DNA of 64,000 nt, from NCBI RefSeq assembly GCF_009914755.1, contig NC_060930.1; one strand, given 5' to 3'. Both the position numbers and the translations under genes were made by a program. Origin of the DNA: the human T2T-CHM13v2.0 reference genome, Homo sapiens. Shown piece by piece: positions 50,312 through 64,000 of the stretch (its first letter is position 1; each line of letters opens with the position of its first letter). The notes beneath the pieces were generated by a model. The model did no database searches. It had not been told where the DNA came from and worked only from the letters and a program-made list of their open reading frames with translations.

Positions 50312-50823
50312 CAGGGGCCCCCAACTCCCAGGCCACAGGCTGGTATCAGTCCATTGCCTGTTAGGAACCAGGCCACACAGTAGGAGGTAAACAGTGGGTG
50401 AGTAAGTGAAGCTCTGTCTGTATTTACAACCACTCCCCATCACTTGCATTACCGCCTGAGCTCTGCCTCCTGTCAGATCAGCAGCAGATTCTCACAGGAG
50501 TGCAAACCCTATTGTGAACTGCGCACATGAGGGATCTAGGCTGCACGCTCCTTATGAGAATCCAAGGCCTGATGATCTGTCACTGTCTTCCATCACCCCC
50601 AGATCTAGCTGCAGGAAAACAAGCTCAGGGCTCCCACTGATTCTACATTATAATGAGTTGTATAATTATTTCATTATATATTACAATGTAACAATAATAG
50701 AAATAAAGTGCACAATAAATGTAATGCACTTGAATCATCCCCAAACCATCCCCATCCCCAGTCCATGGAAAAATTGTCTTCCATGAAACTGGTCCCTAGT
50801 GCCAAAAAAGTTGGGGACCACTG
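50312..50823. mobile_element. MER1A-like hAT-Charlie element with 8-bp TSD
   Basis: TIRs caggggcccccaac and gttggggaccactg; TSD tcctagac (50304-50311) / ccctagac (50824-50831). Confidence 0.9.
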
Positions 50824-51518
50824 CCCTAGACTGTCTTAATTCTCTTCTGCTGTCCATTTGTTTTGGGGGTTTTTTGGTTTAATCGGTGTCTCCCTCCAGA
50901 AGTAGGAAGGAGAAACACAAGGTAAAAGAGGAGAAACTTTGCCAGTGGCCTTAAAAGCCTTTATGAGGAAAAAGCTGAAAGTATCTTGAGAAGTTTTTAA
51001 TGTTTGAAGCCATTTTTCTTCCTATATCCATTAATGAATGGCTAATATTGTTTTATTTGCTTTAAAAGGACTACCAAGCTCTAATCATAGGGTTTATTTC
51101 TTTTCCAGAAAGCGGATGTTGGTGCTGTTAATCAAAAGCCTTTGAATCAAGGTCATATGATTTCTAACAGATTATTTCCCTCACAACATGTCTTTGTCTC
51201 ACAGCAACAAATCATATCATTAAAATCACCAAGGCATGTGGGCTAAGTGTTTGATTAGCTGTAACTTTCATTTCAGAAACGGCCACCTGTGGTAAAAAGT
51301 TATGCCAGTTTATGTGAGCAGATGAAAATGATACACCTCATCAATTTTTAAAATTAGGGTACTGACAATATAGTCCTCCATGCTGTCCTTTTATTGTTGA
51401 AAACAAAGGAAAACTGAGTATCAGTGGATCAGTAAGAAATGAGTGTTCCCTTTTGTAAGTGGAATCTGACCAGCTTTGTCTGGAATTTGACTGGTTGTAT
51501 GGAAAAGGTTCCTAAATA

Positions 51519-51655
51519 GGCTGGACACGCCTGTAATCCTAGCACTTTGGGAGGCCTAGGTGGGTGGATCTCTTGAGCCCAGGAGTTTAAGACCAGCCTG
51601 AGCAACAAGGTGAAATCCCATCTCTACAAAAAAATACCAAAAAAAAAAAAGAAAC
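51519..51655 (+). mobile_element. Alu left monomer (FLAM-like)
   Basis: Left arm plus A-tail only. Confidence 0.8.
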
Positions 51656-54087
51656 AAGAAAAGTTGCTAAATAAAAACTATGTTTATCAAGTAAATGACC
51701 ATCTTTTTCACTGCTAAAGTTTTAATCATTTTTTTCCAATTACTATGACGAAGGCTTGCCAATTTACTTGGGTACTATACATGTAAAATAATGGCTAACA
51801 TTTATTGATCACTTGCTACATGTCAAGTACTGTTCTAAGTTCCATACTGAGAATTATAGAGTTCAATTTTCCATTTTCATAAAGAAGTTTAACTCAGAAT
51901 AAAAATCCAGATTCCTCACCATGGCCCATCCAGCCTTCATCTTCTAGCACACCATTCTCTCCTTGCTCACTCTGCTAGGCCCCACTGACTTGCTTTTGGT
52001 ATCTTAATGACATCAAGCTCCTTGCTTCCTTAGCTCCTTGCTTCCTTGACCTTCTCATCCTTTAGGTTTCAGCTCAGATGTCTACTTAAAGAGATTCTCT
52101 GGTCAACCTGTCTATTAATGTCTGTTCCAACAACCAGTTACTTCCCTTATAGCACTTATAATTTGTCATTCTGTTTCTGACTTCTACTTCTTATCCATCT
52201 CTCCAGTAGACTGTGAATTCCATGAAAACAAGGACGGTGTATAACTATTTGCTGAATAAATTGATAAGTGGATGGACAGGTTCTGTTTCCAAATTTCATT
52301 GACTCCCTTCTTTGCTTCCCTCCCAGGCCAAAAAAAAAAAAAATGGCTTTTCCAAGGCTTCACATTACAAAGACTCTACTCATGATTAAGGCTCACTCCT
52401 TTCCCCAGGAAGTAGAGAACAGATTTCTTTTTATTCATTCAACAAATATTTATTGAACCTCGATGGCCAGGCACTTGGTGAACAAAGATAAATAGGATAC
52501 AGTTCCCTTGGGATTAGCTCAAAATAAATGGAGAAGAGAAAGAGAAAATCTATGTGTCTGTGGGTGTCTGTTTTTAAACACAAACCCACACTAGTTAGTG
52601 TGTGAGAAGGGGAGACATATGAGTCGACAGCCACCTACTTGAGAATCCCTGTTCAGAAATAGCTTCCCTGCGGACTTGTCCCCAATGCCTACAGTTCCAT
52701 CAAGAGAGTTAATTCTGTAGGAGAGGGAAGGTGGATGATGTGATAGACAAATGATTTGCTAGCATGGTAACTCCTCAGTTCAGAGGCAGTGTTAATCACA
52801 AAGCAAAAATGAAAATCTTGCACAATCACAAATGGGCGCCCAGGACTGTATGTTATTTGTCAATCCTGTGATCTTCTTGGCCTGAGTACACACGATCTTC
52901 ATGTTACTGAGCTTTTACCATTTGGAATATGTAAACCAAATCCTAAATGAGGTTTTCCATTTATCAGTCACAACATGCAACATTTTTCTTCCTTATTAAG
53001 AATGGTATTAAAAGAGTTTATGAGAGAGAAATAAAATCTGATTTTCAAGTTGTCAAAAAAAATCGTGATATAATGCAATCAGTTTAGCCAGGAAACAAAA
53101 TGGCCAATATAAACTGTTGCAGGAACTCCCACAGCTGTAAGCAGCTGTCGTTCCTGAAAGGCAACTCCTTCTTTATCATTTCTTCCATCTGGTTTATTTT
53201 TTGTGCATGCATTCTAGCATACAAATAATCCCTCCCCTTTTTTTTTTTTGGTCCACAGGTACAATTGTACACATGTACCTGTAATTTTATTCTATTCAGT
53301 CTCCTTGGTAGAGAAAGCAATAATTTTATAATAAAATGAGGGCTCTCTAGACTTAATTCTCTCTCTTTTCCCAATATATTTGCATCATGAGTTTCATTTG
53401 ATTGCACAGCCATGAACTCCATGCTGGCGACCTTCAGTGGAAGGATTCGGAGGCAGCAGGAGGCCGACTTCTCCAGGGGGTGGGGTGAGGAGAAAACGTA
53501 GACTTATTCCCTTTCTTATTTCCACCTACTTTGAAAACTTTTTTTTTTTACATGAAAGGGGCGACCAATAACCATTTTTGCTTTAACTTGCAAAAAGCTT
53601 AGATATGCCATTTGCATGGTGATCATTATTTATTTATATATTCATTAATGGGTAAGGAAGTAATGCTCTTCTAAAGCTGAGTAGAGCCACGTAGCCATGG
53701 TTTCCAACTGCACAAGCATCCCTTAGGTGAACAGCTCTTTTGAAGTGGTTTTGTTAGCAATTAAGTGCAGTTATAGCCCTGACATGAAACTAAGCATTTG
53801 TACACCTGCCATGAATGCTTAAAATCTGTGCCAGTGAGTGGGATCTGGAAGTAGAGGAGCACCCTGCAGAACTGGGCTACAGGATGCTTTTAAATAATAA
53901 CAATAATAACTAAAAGCTGTTAGTATTGAGGGCTTACCACCAGCCAGCCACTTTCCTAGTGCCTTTAATACATTATCTCATTTAATCCTCACAGCAACCT
54001 TCGTGGGACTCATTGCTGCTGGAGGCCTCATAAATATTCTAGGGCTACAATGCCCTGCAAAAAAGCCATCAGCACTGGCAACCCTGA

Positions 54088-54556
<469 letters not shown>

Positions 54557-56073
54557 GTTTGCTATTTTTAAAAATCAACAAAAGTATATGAAATTAGAAG
54601 GAAAATATACCTGTCTCCTCTTAATTCCCTGCTCCCCTCCCCACCAAGATCACCACTAGATCCTTCTAGACTTAATATGTATATATAAACATATATAGTT
54701 TTTAAAAAATAAACATGGATGGGATCATCACTGCAGCTCTTGCCTTTCAACTTAATCTTTTTGATGTCAGAATGTGTATTCAGTGCAACATGGGCCTAGT
54801 AGTCCATAGTATACATAAATCACAAATGACTTATCTGGCCCCTTATTGATAGGCATTGTAATTGTTTTTGTTTTTACTCTAATGCAACAATGCTTTAATA
54901 AACATTCTTGTTCTTGTATTTGTATATGCTTGTTTAATGTTTCTATAGGACAGATTCCTATAAGTGAAACTGCTGGGCCAAAGAGGAAGCACATATAAAA
55001 CTGTGATAGTGAAATTGCCTTCTGGGAGATTGCACCAATTTACACTCCTATCAAGAGTGATTGGGAATATTCATTTCTCTCTAACTCCACTAACACTGGA
55101 TGTTGTCCAAAGTTTTTATTTTTGCACAACTAATCAAGGAAAAGGTATCTTTAAGAATTTTGCACTTCTTAAATCTAATGATATTGAGCTTGGTTTAATT
55201 TTCATATTGGCTATTTGTGTATCTTCTGTGAATTATTCCCCTCTCCTATCCCCATTCTCTCCCCTCTGCCTTTCAACACCTCTTTTCGCCCCAAGGATCC
55301 TAGATGTCTCTCCCCAACCCCCTAACAGAAGGAAATAATACAGAGAGCAAGGGGATGGTGAAATGATGAAAGAAAGCAGGTCCTGGGGCAATAGGGACAA
55401 AAAGTGTTCCCAGTCAGGAGTGTTTGCCTTTTAAAGGAGCCTGCCCCAATGGGACAACGCTCACCTCCAAAGACTGGATTGCCAATGGCGCCGTTTCAGC
55501 TCCAACAACAGGAAAAGTATTTTCCGTGGGAAGTATTTTCCAGAAGGTCCTGGGACCTTCATTATAACATTGAGTCAGTGCTTTTTTTGTCTATCACAAT
55601 GAGGCTTTCCCTTGTTAGTAGTCAGAGTCAGCTGCTTGGGACTGTATCACAAAGCCTTAAGTATTCACAGTTCTTCGCATTAATCTAAGGAGTTAATCGG
55701 AAGTGCAGTTAAAAACATATGTATGCAATGCTTGCCATAGCATTGCTTATTGGATCAGAAAACTGGAAACTATTTTAAATGTCCAACAATAAAGAATAGG
55801 TTCATAACAATTTGGTAGATGCGTCTGATGAAATACAATGAAGCAGTTTTAAATGATTCTGGAATAAGTACTCAATGTCACTGAAAACTATTTTAATTTT
55901 AGATTAAAAATATATGCAAAGAAAAAAACACTGAAAATTGATATGTCAAAACCCTAATAAGGAATTCTATTTGGGTGGCAGAAATATGAAAACTTTTTCT
56001 TTTCTTTTTTGAACTTCTGGGCATATTTTAATTTTGGGAGTGACCAAATATTATAATGATCAGAAAAATTATC

Positions 56074-56383
<310 letters not shown>

Positions 56384-58256
56384 TAAATACAGATAACAGA
56401 ATGTCCAAAAGTAGTTTATGGTATTATTCTCACAAATTACTCCTTTTAAACCTGGCAATCACTGAGAAATACAGCCTTGACCTTGCCAACATTCAGTTCT
56501 CAGTGATTCATACTTAAGGGAATCCACCACCACACCCACCCTATGACTGGGCGCTTAGAGCAGGGGTGGCATCCATGCACTCCCACTCTGTTGACTTCCC
56601 AGCATTTATACACCACGTCCCAGTTTTAGGCATCAGAGGCTCTTTCTCCCGCTCCAGCCCAAGGCCCCATTCTCCTTACACCCTCCTGCTTCCCCAGCCC
56701 CTGCCCTCATTCCTGATCTCACACTCATTCTTACCTATTTCTTCCAAGCATCTTCTAAGTTACATTTCTCTATCTCCTCTTTGTTTTTTTCTTTTTTGAG
56801 TTATGAATTACTGTGTTGCTCTCTTCACTTTAGGAAGCTTTATACTTAGTATACATGTACTAATATGTAAATTATGGTTGATTACAGCATTTGTAATTAT
56901 TTCTATAATTTATTTTAAAGCTGCGCATCAGGCCTTTGGTCAGGCACTTCTTACACTCTGAACTACTTTCTGTCCAGTGTTTATTTGCTAAGAAAAATAT
57001 CAGGCCTCACAGCCCTGTGTTTCATCTGTAAAGCCCTTTTGTTATTTTCCAGTGGCCTCAGCGGAGATTTAACATCAAGAATGGTAGTAGGAAAAAAAAA
57101 ATGGTGATAGAACCTTTTATCTCAACCTAAGACTTATCACTTTCAGAGATGCTTCCTGCACTGATACATATTATTATTTCGGAAGTAGTTTATTGAGAGT
57201 CTAGTATGTGCCAGACACTGTGCTTAAATCCTGGGGAATTATGAATTGAAAGTACACGTTTGCATTTGCAGATGCACAAAAACTTGCAGTCTAGAAGGAG
57301 AGGAGACACGTACATAATTAGATGCCATGCTGGTGTTAGGTGTCCCAACAGGGCCAGAGCAGGAGGGAGACAGAGGCCCTGAAGGAGAACGTGATCTGGG
57401 GAGGTTTCCAGAGGGACACTTGAGCTAAGTCTCAAAAAATGTGTATGATGGTGGTTGCATAACTCTGTAAATATACTAAAACTTATTGAATTTTTTATTT
57501 AAAATGGGTTAAGGGTAAACCTTGCAGTATGTATATTAGATCTCGATAAAGCAGTTTTTTTAAAAGGTGTATTGAAACTGGGTCAAACACACCAGAAGGG
57601 GAAGAACATCCCCAAGAGAGAGAAGAGCCTGGCAAACGCATGGAGATGTGAACCATCGCGACAAGTAGGGGGACTGCCAGTCTTAGAGTGGCTGGAATGT
57701 AGGGTAGCTGTGGATGGCTCAAGTGTCCAAAAGGATTTAAGCAGCAAAATCACAGAAACAACTTCATTTTCATGTAATGGCCCGAATCCCAGAGTCTCAA
57801 TGACATTCTGGGCACCTTCTGGTTTTTTGTTTTGTTTTGCTTTGTTTTTGACTAAAAGCCCTTTCTCTGCCAAGTCTAAGATGGGGAAGAAAGATGACGA
57901 GAAGGAAGAACCCATATGCCCAAAGATTAGAACAAAAAATACATTTTCTAGAAATCATTTTGGTCATCTCTCTGCTTCTAGGCAGGTTTGTTAAACTAAC
58001 CCAGACAGAGGAACCCATTTTGTCCTTAAAGGTCCCTAGAGAAGGAGACTCCAAGTGGGACAGGCTTTAGGCTAAGAAAAAGCATTCTCTGCAGGCCCTT
58101 TGCAAATCCAGCCACACATGGAAAGCCCCTAAGAGAAGCAGAATGCCCTCCCTGCATTCTGACCTGTTCATGCCAGCCTAGTGACACGAAGCATTGATGT
58201 GAGGCCCTTGTTTCTTCAGTCACCCAGCCCAGAATGCCCAGAGGAGGTAAAGATCA

Positions 58257-59126
<870 letters not shown>

Positions 59127-60853
59127 TTAGAAGACAGATAAATTCTTGGAGTCCTCACTTTATGACCTTAAGGGACCTCATTCAAGATGTGGTTTAAATT
59201 AACAGTGAGACACCAATGTGCTTGCAAAGCCCTAATCACATAAAATTGTTTACTTATCCTCCAGGCAAAAGCACTAATGTTTATTAAGATATTTTATCTG
59301 GAAGGCAATTCAAAGAATGTGATTGGACCATCCTGTGGTAGAAATCATTCACCAGCAAGGGGAAAACACAGATGAAAATCAACTGCCAAGTATTGAGGAA
59401 AGAGAAATTATCATAATGTGGGCTGCTTCGTGTGTGCTTGGAATACATGAAGAAATAAATCTTAGTAACTGATATGGAATGATCTCTAAGATATATTGAG
59501 TTTTTTTTAAAAGCCAGGCGCAGAGCAGTGTGCATACTATGCTGCTATTTTGTGTAAAAAACGAGAGGAGAATGTGTGTTTCTGTGTGCATATCTGCTTG
59601 TATATGTATAAACCGTGTGGAGGATATACAGACATTGCTACACTGGTTGCCTTTGAGGATGGAATTAAGCTGGGGGAGAGGAGTGGGAGGAAGTTTTCAC
59701 CTTTTAAACTTTTATAATTTTGTTCCATTTGACTATTTCCTAATTTTAAAAAATAAAAGTGTTTTTTTTTTAAGCAAAGAAAGCAAGCCCAAGTTTAAAA
59801 CACATTGAAAAAAGGTCAGAGTGACATTTTCTACCTAATTTTAGGTCATTTGGAGGACTTAATTCCCTCTGGGCACTATGCCTGCAACAAAGGTAGCCAT
59901 GACCATCTGGTTTGTGATGTAGTTGAACCAGCAAGGCTCGCTAAACTAGACCTTAGCCTGCAGAGCATTTATCCAACGGGCCGGGCAATATTGCTTTTAG
60001 CTGTAAGAAGAACTCTTAATTCACCTAACACAATGAGAAAGAAAACCAGCCTCCTCTCATCATTAAACTGATTGAGATGATGCCTTGACTGCAGGGGCAG
60101 GAAGAACGCAGTCCAGAGGACTGCACAGGAGCAACTGGGGGTTTGCAGGAGGCTGCAGAGCAGGTGTCGTAAAAGAGCAAGCAAGTGAAAAAGAAGAAAT
60201 CCCAGAGGGTTATTCTATGCAAGGCTAGTACACAGCATACTTCAAATACCAGAGAGAGAAAAGGGATTATGTCTGGATTTAAAAATTCCTACTTTGGATC
60301 CATGTCGCATTTCAACCACATTCACTGAGGGCTCACTGTGCCTAAAGTCAGTTTACATAAATTATGTTCTAAAACAAGTTTCGGAGAGCATGAATTCACT
60401 TTCTCTTGCACCTTGTACCCAATCCAATGGGATCAGGACAGCATGCATTTTGAAATGCTCCCCTTTCACACAGATGGGGCCAGCAGTTTTCCACCAAATA
60501 TGCTTAACAGCCTACAGAAAGATACCTCTCCACTCCCTGCCAAATGAATGCTCTTTGACAGTCTTCTCCCACTTGGTATCAAACTTACCCACCTGCTGCA
60601 CAACGACCCTTGCTCTGTTTTCTGACACAACAGAAAACTCAACTTCTAATTTCCGGCTGGCCTTCCCTCCTCCCTCCGTCTCTCCCTTTCCCTATCCTTG
60701 TCCTTTTCAGGCTGTGTATGTCCTCTGCTCATTGGCTCTGCAGAAAAGGAGACCTCATCAGCTAAAGTGATCAGACCTTATAAAAATGAACAAGAGCCTA
60801 CCCAAAAAACCTGTAAATAAATATTGCAACTTTTTATTATTTAAAAAATGTTT

Positions 60854-61200
<347 letters not shown>

Positions 61201-61643
61201 TTATGAAATTGGATGTGCCACACAACATGCTCTTCAGCCGGTCAGAAAACGAAAATATTTTTTCAAGGCCTGGCTGACTGTTGTGTCATCGTCTACATGC
61301 ACTTGTGGGCACACAGCTGAATGGGAGGCAAAGAGATGCAAAAAGTGAGCTGAGTGGCAGGAGGACTAATTGCTGTCCTCTCTTTATTGCCATGGGATTT
61401 GCTTTCAATCCTCACTCTTCAGGTACAACTATTTCCATTCTCACTGGGTTTTCCAGTGTGAGTACCTTAGAAGCGCTTTTCTACCTAAAGAAAAAAAAAG
61501 TTGCAAATTCTACTCTTCTAGCTGAGGAGCCATCTGGGGGCTTGGAGGAGGCTTTAAAAAAAGTGATGAGGGCAGTCATCTCACATAAACTGGAAATCTG
61601 AGGTCATCCTCTGGTGGGAATTCTTCAGTTAAAACTGCTCTGG

Positions 61644-62262
61644 GGCTGGGCGTGGTGGCTCACACCTGTAACCCCAGCACTTTGCAGGCTGAGGCAGGAG
61701 GATTACTTGACCCCAAGAGTTCAAGACCAGCCTTGGCAATATAATGAGACCCTGTCTCTACAAAAAATTAAACAAATTAGCCAGGTGCGGTGGCGTGAGC
61801 CTGTAGTCCCAGCTACTTGGGAGGCTGAGGTGAGAGGTCACTTGAGCCCTGGAGGTGTCCAGCCTGCAGTGAGCCGAGATCGTGCCATGGCACTCCAGCC
61901 TGAGTGACAGAGCAAGAACCTGTCTCAAAAAATAAAAATAATTTTTTAAAAAACTGGTCTGGCCAGGCGCGGTGGCTAATGCCTATAGTCCCAACACTTT
62001 GGAAGGCCAAGGTGGGTGGATCACCTGAGGTCAGGAGTTCAAGACTAGCCTGGCCAACATGGTGAAACCCTGTCTCTACTAAAAGTACAAAAATTAGCTG
62101 GGTATGGTGGCAGGCACCTGTAACCCCGGCTACTTGGGAGACTGAGGCTGAAGAATCGATTAAGCCTGGGAGGCGGAGGTTGCAGTGAGCTGAGATCACA
62201 CCTGTTGTACCCCAGCCTGGGCAACAGGAGCGAAACTCTGTCTCAAAAGAAAATAAAATAAA
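61644..62262 (+). mobile_element. Two tandem Alus (61644-61940 and 61961-62262)
   Basis: The second has TSD aaactggtct. Confidence 0.92.
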
Positions 62263-62537
62263 CTGGTCTGAAAAGGAACACATGGCTTTTGAGTATTTAG
62301 TAAATAAACCTGGCATGGCAAGAAACAACTTCTAATAAAACTATGGAATTAATAATCTTTAAAAAACAAAATGGACCCTGGTGTTTCAAACATGTCACTA
62401 TCAAATACTCAAAACAGCAGATAATTACAGAACTCAACTATGTGTCCAACTCAATGCTGTGTATCCCCCTTCTGATTATAAGCCCAACTGAAATAGTTTT
62501 ATTACTTTTTAAATAACCACAAGTGATACAAACTTCA

Positions 62538-63084
<547 letters not shown>

Positions 63085-63299
63085 TCACCTCAGGGAGGTC
63101 TCCCTGGTCGCACTCCCTAAAATGTTTACACTCTCCTCTCATTCCCATCTCCCTTCCCTGCTTTACCTTCTTATCCAGCAGTTATTACTGTCTTATATAT
63201 TACCCAAATGTATATGATATACACAAATATCTAATAATCTCTTATTTGCTCATTGCCTCTCCCTTCTCCCAGAATATAAACTTCCTAAGGGTGCAATTT

Positions 63300-63906
<607 letters not shown>

Positions 63907-64000
63907 TGGGGGCATGATTTTTGACTGTTCTGTTTACAGCTATATTCTCAACACCTAGAACTGCACCTGGCACATAGTAGGTGCTCAATAAAGATTCACT

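Overview
Human (primate) genomic DNA containing most of TRAF3IP2 (Act1/CIKS, the IL-17 receptor adaptor) on the minus strand. Eight coding exons with canonical GT-AG sites were mapped by hand: 59090-58262, 47383-47191, 42815-42637, 39977-39889, 34692-34624, 33560-33444, 30039-29965 and 26551-26405. They join into a 1698-nt ORF (565 aa plus TGA), from [10 protein letters not shown] to LQVVPL, with a C-terminal SEFIR domain. The first exon and promoter lie beyond the right edge. Candidate poly(A) signals at about 25960 and 22400 imply short and long 3' UTRs, and the long one contains inverted Alus. The remaining sequence is intronic or intergenic and dense in Alu, MIR, L2, old L1, MaLR LTR and hAT transposon fossils. 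From prior knowledge, the antisense lncRNA TRAF3IP2-AS1 crosses the region on the plus strand. Almost all other ORFs in the track are Alu-derived or chance. I found no convincing new protein-coding system. The best leads are RNA-level: an alternative-polyadenylation/inverted-Alu switch, a possible circular exon whose back-splice creates an in-frame stop, a NAGNAG acceptor and a possible internal promoter. There are also several small template-switch-like DNA scars, including a 25-bp exact direct repeat bracketing one coding exon. Repeat boundaries and subfamily names are approximate, assigned by eye.
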